A stretch of DNA of 64,000 bases from an uncultured Acidobacteriota bacterium (GCA_963805975.1 CAWDVR010000002.1:1125955-1189954); one strand, 5' to 3'; positions 49,287-59,699 are shown, numbered from the stretch's first letter. Numbers and translations are program-made. Notes: generated by a model from the letters alone, not told the origin.

Positions 49287-49390
49287 CGGCATTGTAGGGG
49301 CGACCGGCGGTCGCCCCCCTTGGCTCGAGGCTCCAGATCTCCCAGAAAACCACCCCCGGTGGAGCACCGCGGCCCCTTGGTGGCCCACGG

Positions 49391-49414
49391 TGGAAAAAGA
49401 TGGACAAGAGTGGA
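49391..49414 (+). promoter_or_regulatory. three TGGA direct repeats at exact 10-bp spacing upstream of mraZ (MraZ-box-like operator)
   Basis: tggaaaaaga / tggacaagag / tggagtcagt begin at 49391, 49401 and 49411. They lie ~80 bp upstream of the mraZ ATG. Confidence 0.35.
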
Positions 49415-49492
49415 GTCAGTTGTTAGACTGTCACTCAAACGCCCGTGCGTTTTCTCACGCATCGCGTCGTATCGCCTGGGGGGTAGGGGGAC

Positions 49493-49930
49493 ATGTTCCG
49501 GGGCAGCGCGCCAGCGAAGATCGACGAGAAAGGTCGGCTGAAGATCCCGACCGACTTCCGGCCGGCGCTCGAGCAGCACGGGCCGGACCTCTTCGTCACC
49601 TCCATCCGGGGCGACTCGGCTCTCCTCTACCCGCTCGCCGTGTGGGAGGAGATCGAGGATCGGCTGCGCAAGATGCCTTCCACCGACCGCGCGCGGGCGC
49701 GGTACCTCGAGCGCGCCAACTACTTCGGCCAGCAGCTCACTATCGACAGCCAGGGCCGCATCGTCATCCCGCAGATCCTGCGCGAGTCGGCGGGCATGAA
49801 CGGCGAGGTCGTGGTGCACGCGGACCTCGATCACCTGGTGGTGTGGAACCGCGAGCGCATCGCCAAGCGCCTCGCGGACGAACCGTTCAGCGAAGACGAC
49901 TTCCGGGCTCTCTCCGAGCATGGGATCTAA
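49493..49930 (+). CDS. mraZ: transcriptional regulator MraZ
   Basis: 145 aa. It has two SpoVT/AbrB-like halves, with KIDEKGRLKIP and IDSQGRIVIP motifs. It is the first gene of the dcw cluster. Confidence 0.9.
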   Translation: MFRGSAPAKIDEKGRLKIPTDFRPALEQHGPDLFVTSIRGDSALLYPLAVWEEIEDRLRKMPSTDRARARYLERANYFGQQLTIDSQGRIVIPQILRESAGMNGEVVVHADLDHLVVWNRERIAKRLADEPFSEDDFRALSEHGI

Positions 49931-49936
49931 CGGCCC

Positions 49937-50923
49937 TTGGACGGCGGCGGGCATGTCCCCGTGCTCCTCGGAGAGACGGTCGAGCTGCTGGCGCCCGGGC
50001 GCGGCGGCCTGTTCGTCGACTCGACCGTGGGCCTGGGCGGGCACGCCGAGGCGATCCTCGCCGCCTCGGCCGAAGCGATCCTGGTCGGCATCGACCAGGA
50101 CCCCCGGGCGCTCGAGCTGGCCGGCCGGCGGCTCGCTCCCTTCGGCTCGCGCGTGCGCCTGGTCGAGGGCAGCTTTCGCCGCCTGGCAGACCTCCTGGCC
50201 GGCCTCGAGCCGCCCTTCGGCCAGCGTGCTCCGGCCGGCATCCTGGCCGATCTCGGCGTCTCTTCGCTGCAGCTCGACTTGGCCGAGCGCGGCTTCAGCT
50301 TCCGGCGGCAAGGTCCGCTCGACATGCGTATGGGCCGCGACGGGCTCCCTGCCGCGGAGGTCGTGAACACCTACCGGGAGGCGGCTTTGGAAAAGATCAT
50401 CCGCGACTTCGGCGAAGAACCCCAGGCGAGGCGGATCGCGCGCGCCATCGTGGCGCGGCGCGAAGAGCAGCCCTTCGTCACCACCACGGACCTCGCCGAG
50501 GTGGTGGCGCGGGCCAAGGGCGGCCGTCCCAAGCGTTCGCGGGCTGAGGGCGCCCGCCGGCGCAGCAAGGGCGAGCCGCGCGAAGGGCGCATCGACCCGG
50601 CGACGCGCGTCTTCCAGGCGCTGCGCATCGAGGTCAACCAGGAGCTCGCCGCTCTCCCCGAGCTGCTGGACCAGGCCGTGAACCTGCTCGAGCAGGACGG
50701 GCGGCTGGTGGTGATCTCCTACCACTCGCTCGAGGATCGGGTGGTCAAGAACACGCTCCGCGACCTGGCCCGCGGCGAGGTGGACGAGATCACCGGCCGG
50801 CCGCGCTGGGAGACCCAGGTGATCGAGGTGCTGACCAAGCGCCCCACCCGTCCCCTGCCGCAGGAGGTCTCCGCCAACCCCCGCTCGCGCTCCGCCCGGC
50901 TGCGTGCCGCCCGCCGGCTCTGA
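49937..50923 (+). CDS. rsmH: 16S rRNA (cytosine1402-N4)-methyltransferase RsmH (MraW)
   Basis: 328 aa. The motifs are HVPVLL, DSTVGLGGHAEAIL, DLGVSSLQLD and SYHSLEDR. Confidence 0.9.
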   Translation: MDGGGHVPVLLGETVELLAPGRGGLFVDSTVGLGGHAEAILAASAEAILVGIDQDPRALELAGRRLAPFGSRVRLVEGSFRRLADLLAGLEPPFGQRAPAGILADLGVSSLQLDLAERGFSFRRQGPLDMRMGRDGLPAAEVVNTYREAALEKIIRDFGEEPQARRIARAIVARREEQPFVTTTDLAEVVARAKGGRPKRSRAEGARRRSKGEPREGRIDPATRVFQALRIEVNQELAALPELLDQAVNLLEQDGRLVVISYHSLEDRVVKNTLRDLARGEVDEITGRPRWETQVIEVLTKRPTRPLPQEVSANPRSRSARLRAARRL

Positions 50924-50941
50924 GACCCTTCGAGACCCGCC

Positions 50942-51295
50942 TTGAAGACCCCCTACGTCCACACCCCGGCGAGAAACGGCGACAACGCCTTCCTGCGGCG
51001 CGAGCGCGACCGGCGCAAGCGCCGCGAGCTGCTGCTGGTGGTGGTCGCCCTGCTGCCGTTGGGCCTCGGCCTCCTGCTCTACACCTGGGTGCAGCTCGAG
51101 ACGCTCCGCGCCGGCTACCGCATCACCCAGCTCGAGCGCCGGCTCCACGGCCTCGGCCGGCAGGAGCAGCAGCTCGAGCTCCAGGCCGCGGACCGGGCGC
51201 GGCCCGGAGAGATCGAGGCGCGGGCGGTCGCCAAGCTCGGCATGGAGCACCAGAGCCAGGCGCAGACGATCTATCTCGAGGAGCTGCCGCCGTGA
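50942..51295 (+). CDS. ftsL: cell division protein FtsL-like
   Basis: 117 aa. It has a basic N-terminus, one TM helix (LLLVVVALLPLGLGLLLYTWV) and a coiled coil. Its position between rsmH and ftsI supports the call. The TTG start is uncertain. Confidence 0.55.
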   Translation: MKTPYVHTPARNGDNAFLRRERDRRKRRELLLVVVALLPLGLGLLLYTWVQLETLRAGYRITQLERRLHGLGRQEQQLELQAADRARPGEIEARAVAKLGMEHQSQAQTIYLEELPP

Positions 51296-53208
51296 GCGAA
51301 GCGGTGCGGGCAGCGCGCCCGGGGCGCTCCCAGCAGGGTCGCCGCCGGTTGATCGTGTTGCTCTCGGTGCTCGGTACCTGGTTCCTGGCCTCGGCGGTGC
51401 GCCTCGTCTATCTGCAGGTCGAGCGTCACGAGCACTACGTCGATCTCGCCGAGCGGCAGCAGCAACGGGTGGTCGAGCTCGCCCCGCCGCGCGGCGCCAT
51501 CTACACCCGCGACGGCCGCGAGCTCGCCCTCTCGGGGCCGGCCGACTCGGTCTACGCCGTGCCCGCCCGGGTGCCGGACCCGCAGGCCACGGCGCGGGCG
51601 CTCGCCCGGGTGCTCGACGTCGACGCCGCGGAGCTCGCCGGCAAGCTCGGCGCAGCCAAGGCCACCGGCCGCGGCTGGTTCCTGTGGGTCAAGCGCCAGG
51701 TGACGCCCGAGCAGGCGGCGGCGGTCGCCGCGCTCGAGCTGCCGGGAGTGGCGCTGCGCGAGGAGGCCAAGCGCTTCTATCCGCAGGGTGAGCTCGCCGC
51801 GCACGTGGTGGGCTTCGTGGGCACCGACGGCCATGGCCTGGCCGGCCTCGAGCAGACTTTCGACAAGCAGATCTCGGGCAAGATGGCGCGGCGCGTGGTG
51901 CTGCGCGATGCCGGCGGCCGGGTGGCCGTGGACCCCGACCTCGGCTGGAGCGAGGCCGAGTCCGGCCGCGACCTCTACCTGACGATCGACTCGACGCTCC
52001 AGCACCTGGCCGAGCGCGAGCTGGCGCAGAAAGCGGAGGCCTTCGGCGCCCGCACCGGCAGCGCCGTGCTCCTCGATCCGTGGACCGGCGCCGTGCTGGC
52101 CATGGCCTCGTTCCCGACCTTCGACCCCAACCGCTTCGGCGAGGCGCCCCGCGGCACCAGCCGCACGGCCGCCGTCGACCGCAAGGAGCGCTGGAAGAAC
52201 CGCGTCATCGAGGACGCTTTCGAGCCCGGCTCCTCGTTCAAGATGGTGACCGTGGCCGCCGCCCTGGGCGCCGACCTGATGGACTCGACGGACGTCTTCG
52301 ACTGCGGCATGGGCCAGATCATGGTCTACGGCAAGCTGATCCGCGACCACAAGCCCTTCGGCCTCTTGACGCTGCGCGACGTGATGGCCAAGTCCAGCAA
52401 CGTGGGCGCCATCAAGGTGGGCCTCAAGGTGGGCGACGACCGGCTCTACCGGCAGATCGCCGACCTGGGGTTCGGCCGGAAGACCGGCATCGAGCTGCCC
52501 GGCGAGAGCGCCGGCATCCTGGCGGCGCGCGACAAGTGGCAGCCGATCAGCAAGGCCTACATCTCCTTCGGCCAGGGCATCGCCGTGACCTCGATCCAGC
52601 TCGCCACCTCCTTCGCCGCGGTGGCCAACGGCGGCAAGCTCCTCCAGCCCTACCTGGTCGAGGCCGTGGGCGGGCGCGGCGAGGTCGAGGTGCTGCACGA
52701 CGGGCCCACGGTGGTGCGCCAGGCGATGTCCGCCTCCACCGCGCGGCAGGTGGAGCGCCTGCTGGAGGCCGTGACCATGGAGGGCGGGACCGGCACCAAA
52801 GCCGCGGTGCCCGGCTACCACGTGGCCGGCAAGACCGGCACCGCGCAGATGGCCGAGAAGGGCCGCTACTCGCTGACCGACCACATGGCGGTCTTCGCCG
52901 GCTTCGCTCCCGGCCGCGAGCCGCTGGTGGTGGGAGCGGTGATGGTCGAGCGGCCGCGCGGCGACTTCCACGGCGGCAGCGTCGCGGCGCCGGTCTTCGG
53001 CGGCATCATGGGCCAGGCGCTGCTCTATCTCGGCCGGCGGCCGGAGCGCGACGCGCTCGAGCGCTGGCCCGGCGAGCGCGATCCGGCCGACAACCCGGTG
53101 CGGCTGGCGAGCCTCGACCCGGCGCCGGCGGCCGAGATCGAGGACGAGCCGCCGTTCGACGCGGAGCCCGCTCCGCAGGCCGCGGCCAGAGAGCCGGGAG
53201 CCGAGTGA
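51292..53208 (+). CDS. ftsI: peptidoglycan D,D-transpeptidase FtsI (class B PBP)
   Basis: 638 aa with a TM anchor. The motifs are SSFK (SxxK), KSSN (SxN) and KTGTA. Confidence 0.85.
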   Translation: MSEAVRAARPGRSQQGRRRLIVLLSVLGTWFLASAVRLVYLQVERHEHYVDLAERQQQRVVELAPPRGAIYTRDGRELALSGPADSVYAVPARVPDPQATARALARVLDVDAAELAGKLGAAKATGRGWFLWVKRQVTPEQAAAVAALELPGVALREEAKRFYPQGELAAHVVGFVGTDGHGLAGLEQTFDKQISGKMARRVVLRDAGGRVAVDPDLGWSEAESGRDLYLTIDSTLQHLAERELAQKAEAFGARTGSAVLLDPWTGAVLAMASFPTFDPNRFGEAPRGTSRTAAVDRKERWKNRVIEDAFEPGSSFKMVTVAAALGADLMDSTDVFDCGMGQIMVYGKLIRDHKPFGLLTLRDVMAKSSNVGAIKVGLKVGDDRLYRQIADLGFGRKTGIELPGESAGILAARDKWQPISKAYISFGQGIAVTSIQLATSFAAVANGGKLLQPYLVEAVGGRGEVEVLHDGPTVVRQAMSASTARQVERLLEAVTMEGGTGTKAAVPGYHVAGKTGTAQMAEKGRYSLTDHMAVFAGFAPGREPLVVGAVMVERPRGDFHGGSVAAPVFGGIMGQALLYLGRRPERDALERWPGERDPADNPVRLASLDPAPAAEIEDEPPFDAEPAPQAAAREPGAE

Positions 53209-54740
53209 TGCGCCTCTCCCGTCTGCTCGCGGGCTTGCCGGTCCAGTCGCCGGCCGGCGCCGAGGATCCCGAGGTCCGCGGCGTGGCGCACGACTCCCGG
53301 CGCATCGAGCCCGGTGACCTCTTCGTGGCCTGGGCCGGCAAGTACCACGACGGCCGCGCCTTTGCCGCCGAGGCCGCGGCGCGCGGTGCCGTGGCGGTGT
53401 TGGCCGATGGGCCACCGGTCGGGAGCTCTCTCGCCGGTTTGCCCCCGTCGGGCGTTCCCTGGATCACGGCGGAGGCTCCCCGCTCGCTGCTCGGCCCTCT
53501 GGCCTCGCGGGTCTACGGCCATCCCGACCGCGAGCTGCTGCTGGCCGGTGTCACCGGCACCAACGGCAAGTCCACGGTGGTGGCACTGCTGGCCGCCATG
53601 CTCGAGCGCGCCGGCTACCCGACCGGCGTTCTCGGCACCCTCGGCTACCGCTTCCGGGGCCGCGACTTCTCGGGCGACCGCACCACGCCCGAAGCCTCCG
53701 ATCTGTTCCGCACCCTGCGCGCGATGCGCGACGCGGGCGCCACGGCGGTGGCCATGGAGGTCTCCTCGCACGCGCTCGACCAGGGCAGGGTGGCGGGCGC
53801 GACCTTCGCGCTCGGCGTGTTCACCAATCTGTCGCGGGACCACTTCGACTACCACCACGATTTCGAGGATTACTTCGCCGCCAAGAGGCGGCTTTTCGGG
53901 CAGCTCACCGACGCCGGCGCTGGAGGGCCCGGCGGCAGGGCGGTGCTCAACGTAGAGGATCCCTACGGCAGGCGGCTGGCCGCGGAGCTCGGCTCGCGGC
54001 CGGGTGCTTCGAGCGGGGGCACGCTGACCTTCGGGATCGGAGGAGAGGTTGCTTTTTCCCATGTCGAGCTCTCGAGCTCCGGGTCGCGGGGGGAGATCTC
54101 CACCCCCCGCGGCCCGCTTCCCTTCACCACCCGCCTCCTCGGCCGCTACAACCTGGCGAACGTGCTCGCCGCCGCCGCGGCCGGCGAGGCTCTGGGCCTG
54201 GCTCGGGAGGCGATCGCCCGGGCGATCGCCGAGCAGCCCCCGCTTCCCGGCCGCATGGAGCCGGTGGAGCACGGGCAGCCCTTTCCGGTCTACATCGACT
54301 ATGCCCACACTCCCGAGGCGCTGGCGGCGGCGGCCTCCTCGGCGCGCGAGATGACGCGCCGCAAGCTGGTGCTGGTCTTCGGCTGCGGCGGCGACCGCGA
54401 CCCCGGCAAGCGCCCGCTGATGGGCCGCGCCGCGGGCGAGAACGCGGACCTCGTGGTGCTCACCTCGGACAACCCGCGGAGTGAAGACCCACTGGCCATC
54501 GTCGCCGCGGCAGAGCAGGGCTTGCTCGCCAGCGGAAATACCCACTACCTGGTGATCCCCGACCGCCGCGCGGCCATCCGCCGCGCCATCGCGGAGAGCG
54601 ACGGCGCGAGCGCCGTGCTGGTGGCGGGCAAAGGGCACGAGCAGGTGCAGATCCTGGGCGACCGCATGATCCCGTTCTCGGATCTGGAAGAGATCCACCA
54701 CGCGCTGGAGGAGACCCTTGGCCAGGCGGCGCATCGATGA
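53208..54740 (+). CDS. murE: UDP-N-acetylmuramoyl-L-alanyl-D-glutamate--2,6-diaminopimelate ligase MurE
   Basis: 510 aa. The ATG overlaps the ftsI stop. The motifs are GVTGTNGKSTV and DNPR, and the Mur ligase domains are present. Confidence 0.9.
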   Translation: MRLSRLLAGLPVQSPAGAEDPEVRGVAHDSRRIEPGDLFVAWAGKYHDGRAFAAEAAARGAVAVLADGPPVGSSLAGLPPSGVPWITAEAPRSLLGPLASRVYGHPDRELLLAGVTGTNGKSTVVALLAAMLERAGYPTGVLGTLGYRFRGRDFSGDRTTPEASDLFRTLRAMRDAGATAVAMEVSSHALDQGRVAGATFALGVFTNLSRDHFDYHHDFEDYFAAKRRLFGQLTDAGAGGPGGRAVLNVEDPYGRRLAAELGSRPGASSGGTLTFGIGGEVAFSHVELSSSGSRGEISTPRGPLPFTTRLLGRYNLANVLAAAAAGEALGLAREAIARAIAEQPPLPGRMEPVEHGQPFPVYIDYAHTPEALAAAASSAREMTRRKLVLVFGCGGDRDPGKRPLMGRAAGENADLVVLTSDNPRSEDPLAIVAAAEQGLLASGNTHYLVIPDRRAAIRRAIAESDGASAVLVAGKGHEQVQILGDRMIPFSDLEEIHHALEETLGQAAHR

Positions 54741-56115
54741 GGCGGCGGCAGCGATGAACGGCGTGCTCATTCCCGCCTCCGCGGGCGAGCGGCCCTTCGC
54801 CGGCGCCGCCATCGACTCGCGCCGGCTGGCGGGCGGCGAGCTGTTCTTCGCCCTCTCCGGCACGCGGACCGACGGCCATCGCTTCGTGGCCGATGCGCTC
54901 GCCCGCGGCGCCGCCGCCGCGGTGGTGGACGAGCCCGGCTTCGCGCCGCCCGCGAACGGCGCACTGATCCGCGTGCCGGAGAGCTACGCCGCGCTCCACG
55001 CCCTCACCCGGCACGTGCGCCGCGAGGTGCCGGGCAGGCTCGTGGGCCTCACCGGCTCGGTGGGCAAGACCACCACCAAAGAGCTCCTCGCCGCCATGCT
55101 CGGCCGCCGTTTCCGGGTGGCGAAGAGCCCCGGCAACTTGAACAACCTGCTCGGCTTTCCGCTGGCGCTCCTCGGCATCCCGGACGACACCGAGTGGATG
55201 GTGGCGGAGATGGGGATGTCCGTCCCGGGCGAGCTCGGGGAGGTCAGCCGTCTCGCGCGGCCGGACGTGGCACTGCTGCTCAACGTGCGGCCGGTCCACC
55301 TCGAGAACTTCGACTCGCTGGCCGGGATCGCCGAGGCCAAGGCCGAGATCCTGGCCGGCCTGCCGGCGGACGGCCTGCTGGTCGCCAACGCCGACGACCC
55401 CGAGGTGGCGCGCGTGGCGCGCCGGCACCCGGGAAGGATCGTGTGGTTCGGCACCGGGGAGAGCGCTGACGTGCGGCTGGTCTCGCGGGAGCCGGCGGGC
55501 CCCGGCCGGGTCGGCAGCCGCCTGATGCTCGAGGTGGAGGGGGAACGGCGGGAGATCGAGCTCGCTCTCCACGGCCTCTACAACGCCTGGAACTGCCTGG
55601 CCGCCGCGGCCTGCGCCTTTCACCTGGGCATCTCGCTGGACGACATCGCCACGGCCGCCACCGAGATCCGGCCGGCCTCCGGGCGCGGCGTGATCCACGC
55701 GCTTCCGGGCGGCGGCGCGCTGATCGACGACTCCTACAACTCCAACCCGGCAGCCCTCGAAGAGGCGCTGGCGAGCGCCGCGGCCCTGGCAGCCGGCCGG
55801 CGCAAGTGGGTAGTCCTGGGCGACATGCTGGAGCTGGGCCCCGAGGCGCCCCGATTCCACCGCGAGGCCGGCGCCCTGGCGGCGCGACACGGTTTCTCTC
55901 CCATCGCCGGGGTGGGCGAGCTCTGCCGCGAGCTGGTGGCCGTCGCCGAATCGGCTGGCACCTGGTTCGCGACCGCGGCCGGGGCGGCCGAGTGGGCAGC
56001 GGCCGAGCTGCGGCCGGGGGACCTGGTGCTGGTGAAGGGCTCGCGCGGCGTGGGCCTGGACGTGGTCGTCGAGCGCCTGTTGGTGGCCTCTTCGAGCAGC
56101 GGAGGGAAGGGCTGA
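54718..56115 (+). CDS. murF: UDP-N-acetylmuramoyl-tripeptide--D-alanyl-D-alanine ligase MurF
   Basis: 465 aa. The motifs are GLTGSVGKTTTKE and DSYNSNP. The TTG start overlaps the murE end; an alternative ATG is at 54754. Confidence 0.85.
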   Translation: MARRRIDEAAAAMNGVLIPASAGERPFAGAAIDSRRLAGGELFFALSGTRTDGHRFVADALARGAAAAVVDEPGFAPPANGALIRVPESYAALHALTRHVRREVPGRLVGLTGSVGKTTTKELLAAMLGRRFRVAKSPGNLNNLLGFPLALLGIPDDTEWMVAEMGMSVPGELGEVSRLARPDVALLLNVRPVHLENFDSLAGIAEAKAEILAGLPADGLLVANADDPEVARVARRHPGRIVWFGTGESADVRLVSREPAGPGRVGSRLMLEVEGERREIELALHGLYNAWNCLAAAACAFHLGISLDDIATAATEIRPASGRGVIHALPGGGALIDDSYNSNPAALEEALASAAALAAGRRKWVVLGDMLELGPEAPRFHREAGALAARHGFSPIAGVGELCRELVAVAESAGTWFATAAGAAEWAAAELRPGDLVLVKGSRGVGLDVVVERLLVASSSSGGKG

Positions 56116-57200
56116 TGCTCTACGAGCTGCTCTATCCCCTGGCCGACCAGGTGTCGCTCTTCAACGTATTCCGCTACATCACCTTCCGTGCCGCCGGGGC
56201 GACGGTGACGGCGCTGGCGCTGGCGCTCCTCCTGGGGCCGCGCTTCATCCGCCTGCTGCGCGAGCGGGCCTTCGGCCAGTCGATCCGCGACGAGGGGCCG
56301 CAGAGCCACCAGAAGAAGGCAGGGACGCCGACCATGGGCGGCCTCCTGATCCTCTTCTGCTTCACCGTGCCGACGCTCTTGTGGGCCAACCTCACCAACG
56401 TCTTCGTCTGGCTGGCGCTCGGTACCACCTTGGCCTTCGGCGCCATCGGCTTCGCCGACGACTACCAGAAGCTCGCCCGGCGGCACAACCGCGGCCTCTC
56501 GGCGCGCACCAAGTTCCTGCTCACCGTGGCCGCCGCCGGCACCTTCGGGGCGCTCCTCTGGGCGCTGCCGGACACCTACGGCTTCCAGCCCACCCTCGCC
56601 TTCCCGTTCTTCAAAAAGCTGGTGCTCACCCTGGGGCTCGCCTACATCCCCTTCGTGGTGCTGGTGCTGGTCGGCGCCTCGCACGCGGTCAACGTCACCG
56701 ACGGCCTCGACGGCCTGGCGATCGGCGCCACGCTGATCGCCGCCGCCGCCTACGCGGTGTTCACCTACGTGGCCGGCAACAGCGTGGTGGCCAACTACCT
56801 CCAGGTACCCTACGTGCCGGGGGCCGGCGAGCTCTCCGTCTTCTGCGGCGCGATGGTGGGGGCGAGCCTCGGCTTCCTGTGGTTCAACGCCCACCCGGCC
56901 GAGGTCTTCATGGGCGACGTGGGCTCGCTCGCCATCGGCGGCGCCATCGGCACGGTGGCGGTGGTCTCCAAGCAGGAGATCGTGCTGGTGCTGGTGGGCG
57001 GCCTCTTCGTGCTCGAGGCCCTGTCGGTGATCCTCCAGGTCGCCTCCTTCAAGCTCACCGGCAAGCGCGTGCTGCGCATGGCCCCGCTGCACCACCATTT
57101 CGAGCTCGCCGGCTGGTCGGAGCCCAAGATCATCGTGCGCTTCTGGATCCTGGCCGTGCTCTTTGCCCTGGTCTCTCTTTCGACCCTCAAGCTGCGATGA
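56115..57200 (+). CDS. mraY: phospho-N-acetylmuramoyl-pentapeptide transferase MraY
   Basis: 361 aa. It is polytopic, with GTPTMGG, NVTDGLDGLA and HHHFEL motifs. The ATGA overlap is with murF. Confidence 0.95.
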   Translation: MLYELLYPLADQVSLFNVFRYITFRAAGATVTALALALLLGPRFIRLLRERAFGQSIRDEGPQSHQKKAGTPTMGGLLILFCFTVPTLLWANLTNVFVWLALGTTLAFGAIGFADDYQKLARRHNRGLSARTKFLLTVAAAGTFGALLWALPDTYGFQPTLAFPFFKKLVLTLGLAYIPFVVLVLVGASHAVNVTDGLDGLAIGATLIAAAAYAVFTYVAGNSVVANYLQVPYVPGAGELSVFCGAMVGASLGFLWFNAHPAEVFMGDVGSLAIGGAIGTVAVVSKQEIVLVLVGGLFVLEALSVILQVASFKLTGKRVLRMAPLHHHFELAGWSEPKIIVRFWILAVLFALVSLSTLKLR

Positions 57201-58612
57201 GCGACGCGACCTCCTTCTCCCCCACACCGCTCTCCGTGCCCTGGAGCCCGGAGCCGTGGCGGCGCGTGCTGGTGATGGGCCTCGGGCTCTCCGGCACCTC
57301 GGCGGCACGGTTTCTTCTCGACCGCGGCGTCGCGGTGCTCGGCGTGGACGCCAAGCCGGCGTCGGCGCTCGAGCTGGGAGACCTCGCGGACCGCCCCGGC
57401 TTCGAGCTCGCCGCGGGCGAGCCGCCGGCGCTCCCGCCCGGCATCGACGGCGTGGTGCTCTCCCCCGGCGTGCCGCCGGACCGGCCCCTGCTGCTCGACG
57501 CGCTGCACAAGGACGTGTCGGTGGTGGCCGAGGTGGAGCTGGCCTACCCCTGGCTCGACGGCCCGGTGGTGGCGATCACCGGCAGCAACGGCAAGTCCAC
57601 CACCACCGCTCTCGCCGGCGCCATGATCGCCGCCTCCGGGGTTCGGGTCGAGGTCTGCGGCAACATCGGCGAGCCGCTGACCGGCAAGGTCGAGGGGCCG
57701 GCGGGGCGGGTCTTCGTGGTCGAGCTGTCGAGCTTCCAGCTCGAGTGCATCGACACTTTCCACGCGCAGGCCGCGGCGCTGCTCAACCTGGCGCCCGACC
57801 ATCTCGACCGCTACCCCGACCTCGAGTCCTACGGCGCCACCAAGCGGCGGATCTTCCACCACCAGGGCAAGGACGGCGTCGCGGTGCTCAACGCCGACGA
57901 TCCCTGGGTGGCCGAGACCCCGACCCTCGCCGCGCGGCGGCGCCTGTTCTCGCGCCTCGCACCGGTCGAGGACGGCTGCTACCTCGACGGCGACCGGGTC
58001 ATGGAGGCGAGCCCGGAGCACGAGCCGCGTGTGCTCTTCCAGGTTGCCGACCTGCCGCTCGCCGGCGTCCACAACCTCGAGAACGCGATGGCGGCGGCGC
58101 TCCTTGCGATCACGATGGGCGCCCTCCCGGAGCACCTCCGGGCGGCGCTCACGAGCTTCCGCGGCCTGCCGCACCGTCTGGAGAAGTTTGCCGAGGTGGG
58201 CGGTGTCGGCTTCTACGACGATTCCAAGGGCACCAACCCGGCGGCGACGCTCAAGTCGCTCGAGGGGTTCAAGGACGGCAGCGTCCTCCTCATCCTCGGC
58301 GGGCGCAACAAGGGCGCCAACCCGGCGGACCTGGCGCTGATGGTGGCGCGCAAGGCGCGGCGGCTCTATTTCATCGGCGAGGCGGAGCAGGAGTTCGCGG
58401 CGGTATTGGGACGGATCGCCGAGAGCGAGCGCTGCGGAACGCTCGAGCGCGCGGTCGCCGCCGCGGTGTCGATCGCGCGCCACGGCGAGGTGGTGCTGCT
58501 CTCCCCCGCCTGTGCGAGCTTCGACCAGTTCAGGAACTTCGCCGACCGCGGCGAGCAGTTCCAGCGCCTGGTGCGCGAGGCCCTGGCGCAGAAGGGCGGG
58601 CGCCATGGCTAA
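57197..58612 (+). CDS. murD: UDP-N-acetylmuramoylalanine--D-glutamate ligase MurD
   Basis: 471 aa. The motif is ITGSNGKSTTT, with Mur ligase middle and C domains. Confidence 0.9.
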   Translation: MSDATSFSPTPLSVPWSPEPWRRVLVMGLGLSGTSAARFLLDRGVAVLGVDAKPASALELGDLADRPGFELAAGEPPALPPGIDGVVLSPGVPPDRPLLLDALHKDVSVVAEVELAYPWLDGPVVAITGSNGKSTTTALAGAMIAASGVRVEVCGNIGEPLTGKVEGPAGRVFVVELSSFQLECIDTFHAQAAALLNLAPDHLDRYPDLESYGATKRRIFHHQGKDGVAVLNADDPWVAETPTLAARRRLFSRLAPVEDGCYLDGDRVMEASPEHEPRVLFQVADLPLAGVHNLENAMAAALLAITMGALPEHLRAALTSFRGLPHRLEKFAEVGGVGFYDDSKGTNPAATLKSLEGFKDGSVLLILGGRNKGANPADLALMVARKARRLYFIGEAEQEFAAVLGRIAESERCGTLERAVAAAVSIARHGEVVLLSPACASFDQFRNFADRGEQFQRLVREALAQKGGRHG

Positions 58613-59699
58613 GAAGCTCGCCTTCGACAAGGTGCTGTTCACCACCGTGGTGATGCTGGTGGTCTTCGGCCTGGTGATGGTGTACTCGGCGAGCGCCGGC
58701 ATGGCCCAGAGCTCGGGGCTGGCGAGCGGCGGCTTCAACCCCTTCTTCGTGCGCCAGTTCGCGGCGGCGGTGATCGGCTTCGGCGCCATGGCGGTCGCCA
58801 TGCACGTGCCCTACCGCATGATGCGCAAGGAAGCCCTGATCTACGCCCTGGTGGCGGCGGCCGTGGTGCTGCTGCTTGCAGTGCTCACCCAGCCGGCGAT
58901 CAACGGCTCGCGGCGCTGGTTCCTGCTGGGACCGATCATGGTGCAGGCCTCGGAGCTGGCGAAGCTCGCGGTGCTGGCTTTTCTCGCCTACCAGATCGAC
59001 CTCCACGACGAGGAAGTGAATCAGCGCGAGTTCCTGGTGCCGACGCTCTTCGTGCTCGGCCTGGTGGGGGCCCTGATCCTCGCCGGCCGCGACCTCGGCA
59101 CCACGGTCCTTCTCCTCGCCGTGGCCGCGATCCTGATCTTCGTCGCCGGCCTGAAGTGGCGCTACGTGGCGGTCGCCGGGCTGCTGTTCGCGGCCTTCCT
59201 GTCGATCGCCATCCTCTCGGCGGACTACCGCAAGGCGCGCTTCCTCGCGTTCGTCGACCCCGAGGCCGACCCGCGCGGCAACGGCTACCAGGCGCAGCAG
59301 TCGCTGATCGCCGTGGGCTCGGGCGGGGTGCTGGGGCGCGGGCAGGGCGCCAGCCTGCAGAAGCTCTACTACTTGCCGCACCCGGAATCGGACTTCATCT
59401 ACTCGATCGTCGCCGAGGAGCTGGGGCTGGTGGGCGCGCTCGCCGTGCTGGCCGGCTTCGGCGTGCTGCTCTGGCGCGGCGTCAAGGCCGGGGTCGGCGC
59501 GCCCGACCGCTTCGGCCGCTATTTGGCTCTCGGTCTAACCTGCCTGCTGGTGGTGCAGGGGCTGATCAACGTCGGCGTCGCCATCGCCATCCTGCCCACC
59601 AAGGGCATTCCGCTGCCCTTCGTCTCCTACGGCGGCTCGGCCCTGGTGGTGGCGATGGCGCTCTCCGGCGTGCTGCTCAACGTGTCGGAGCACGGATGA
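58605..59699 (+). CDS. ftsW: peptidoglycan glycosyltransferase FtsW (SEDS family)
   Basis: 364 aa with about 10 TM segments. The SEDS motifs are PESDFIYS and PLPFVSYGGS. Confidence 0.9.
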   Translation: MAKKLAFDKVLFTTVVMLVVFGLVMVYSASAGMAQSSGLASGGFNPFFVRQFAAAVIGFGAMAVAMHVPYRMMRKEALIYALVAAAVVLLLAVLTQPAINGSRRWFLLGPIMVQASELAKLAVLAFLAYQIDLHDEEVNQREFLVPTLFVLGLVGALILAGRDLGTTVLLLAVAAILIFVAGLKWRYVAVAGLLFAAFLSIAILSADYRKARFLAFVDPEADPRGNGYQAQQSLIAVGSGGVLGRGQGASLQKLYYLPHPESDFIYSIVAEELGLVGALAVLAGFGVLLWRGVKAGVGAPDRFGRYLALGLTCLLVVQGLINVGVAIAILPTKGIPLPFVSYGGSALVVAMALSGVLLNVSEHG

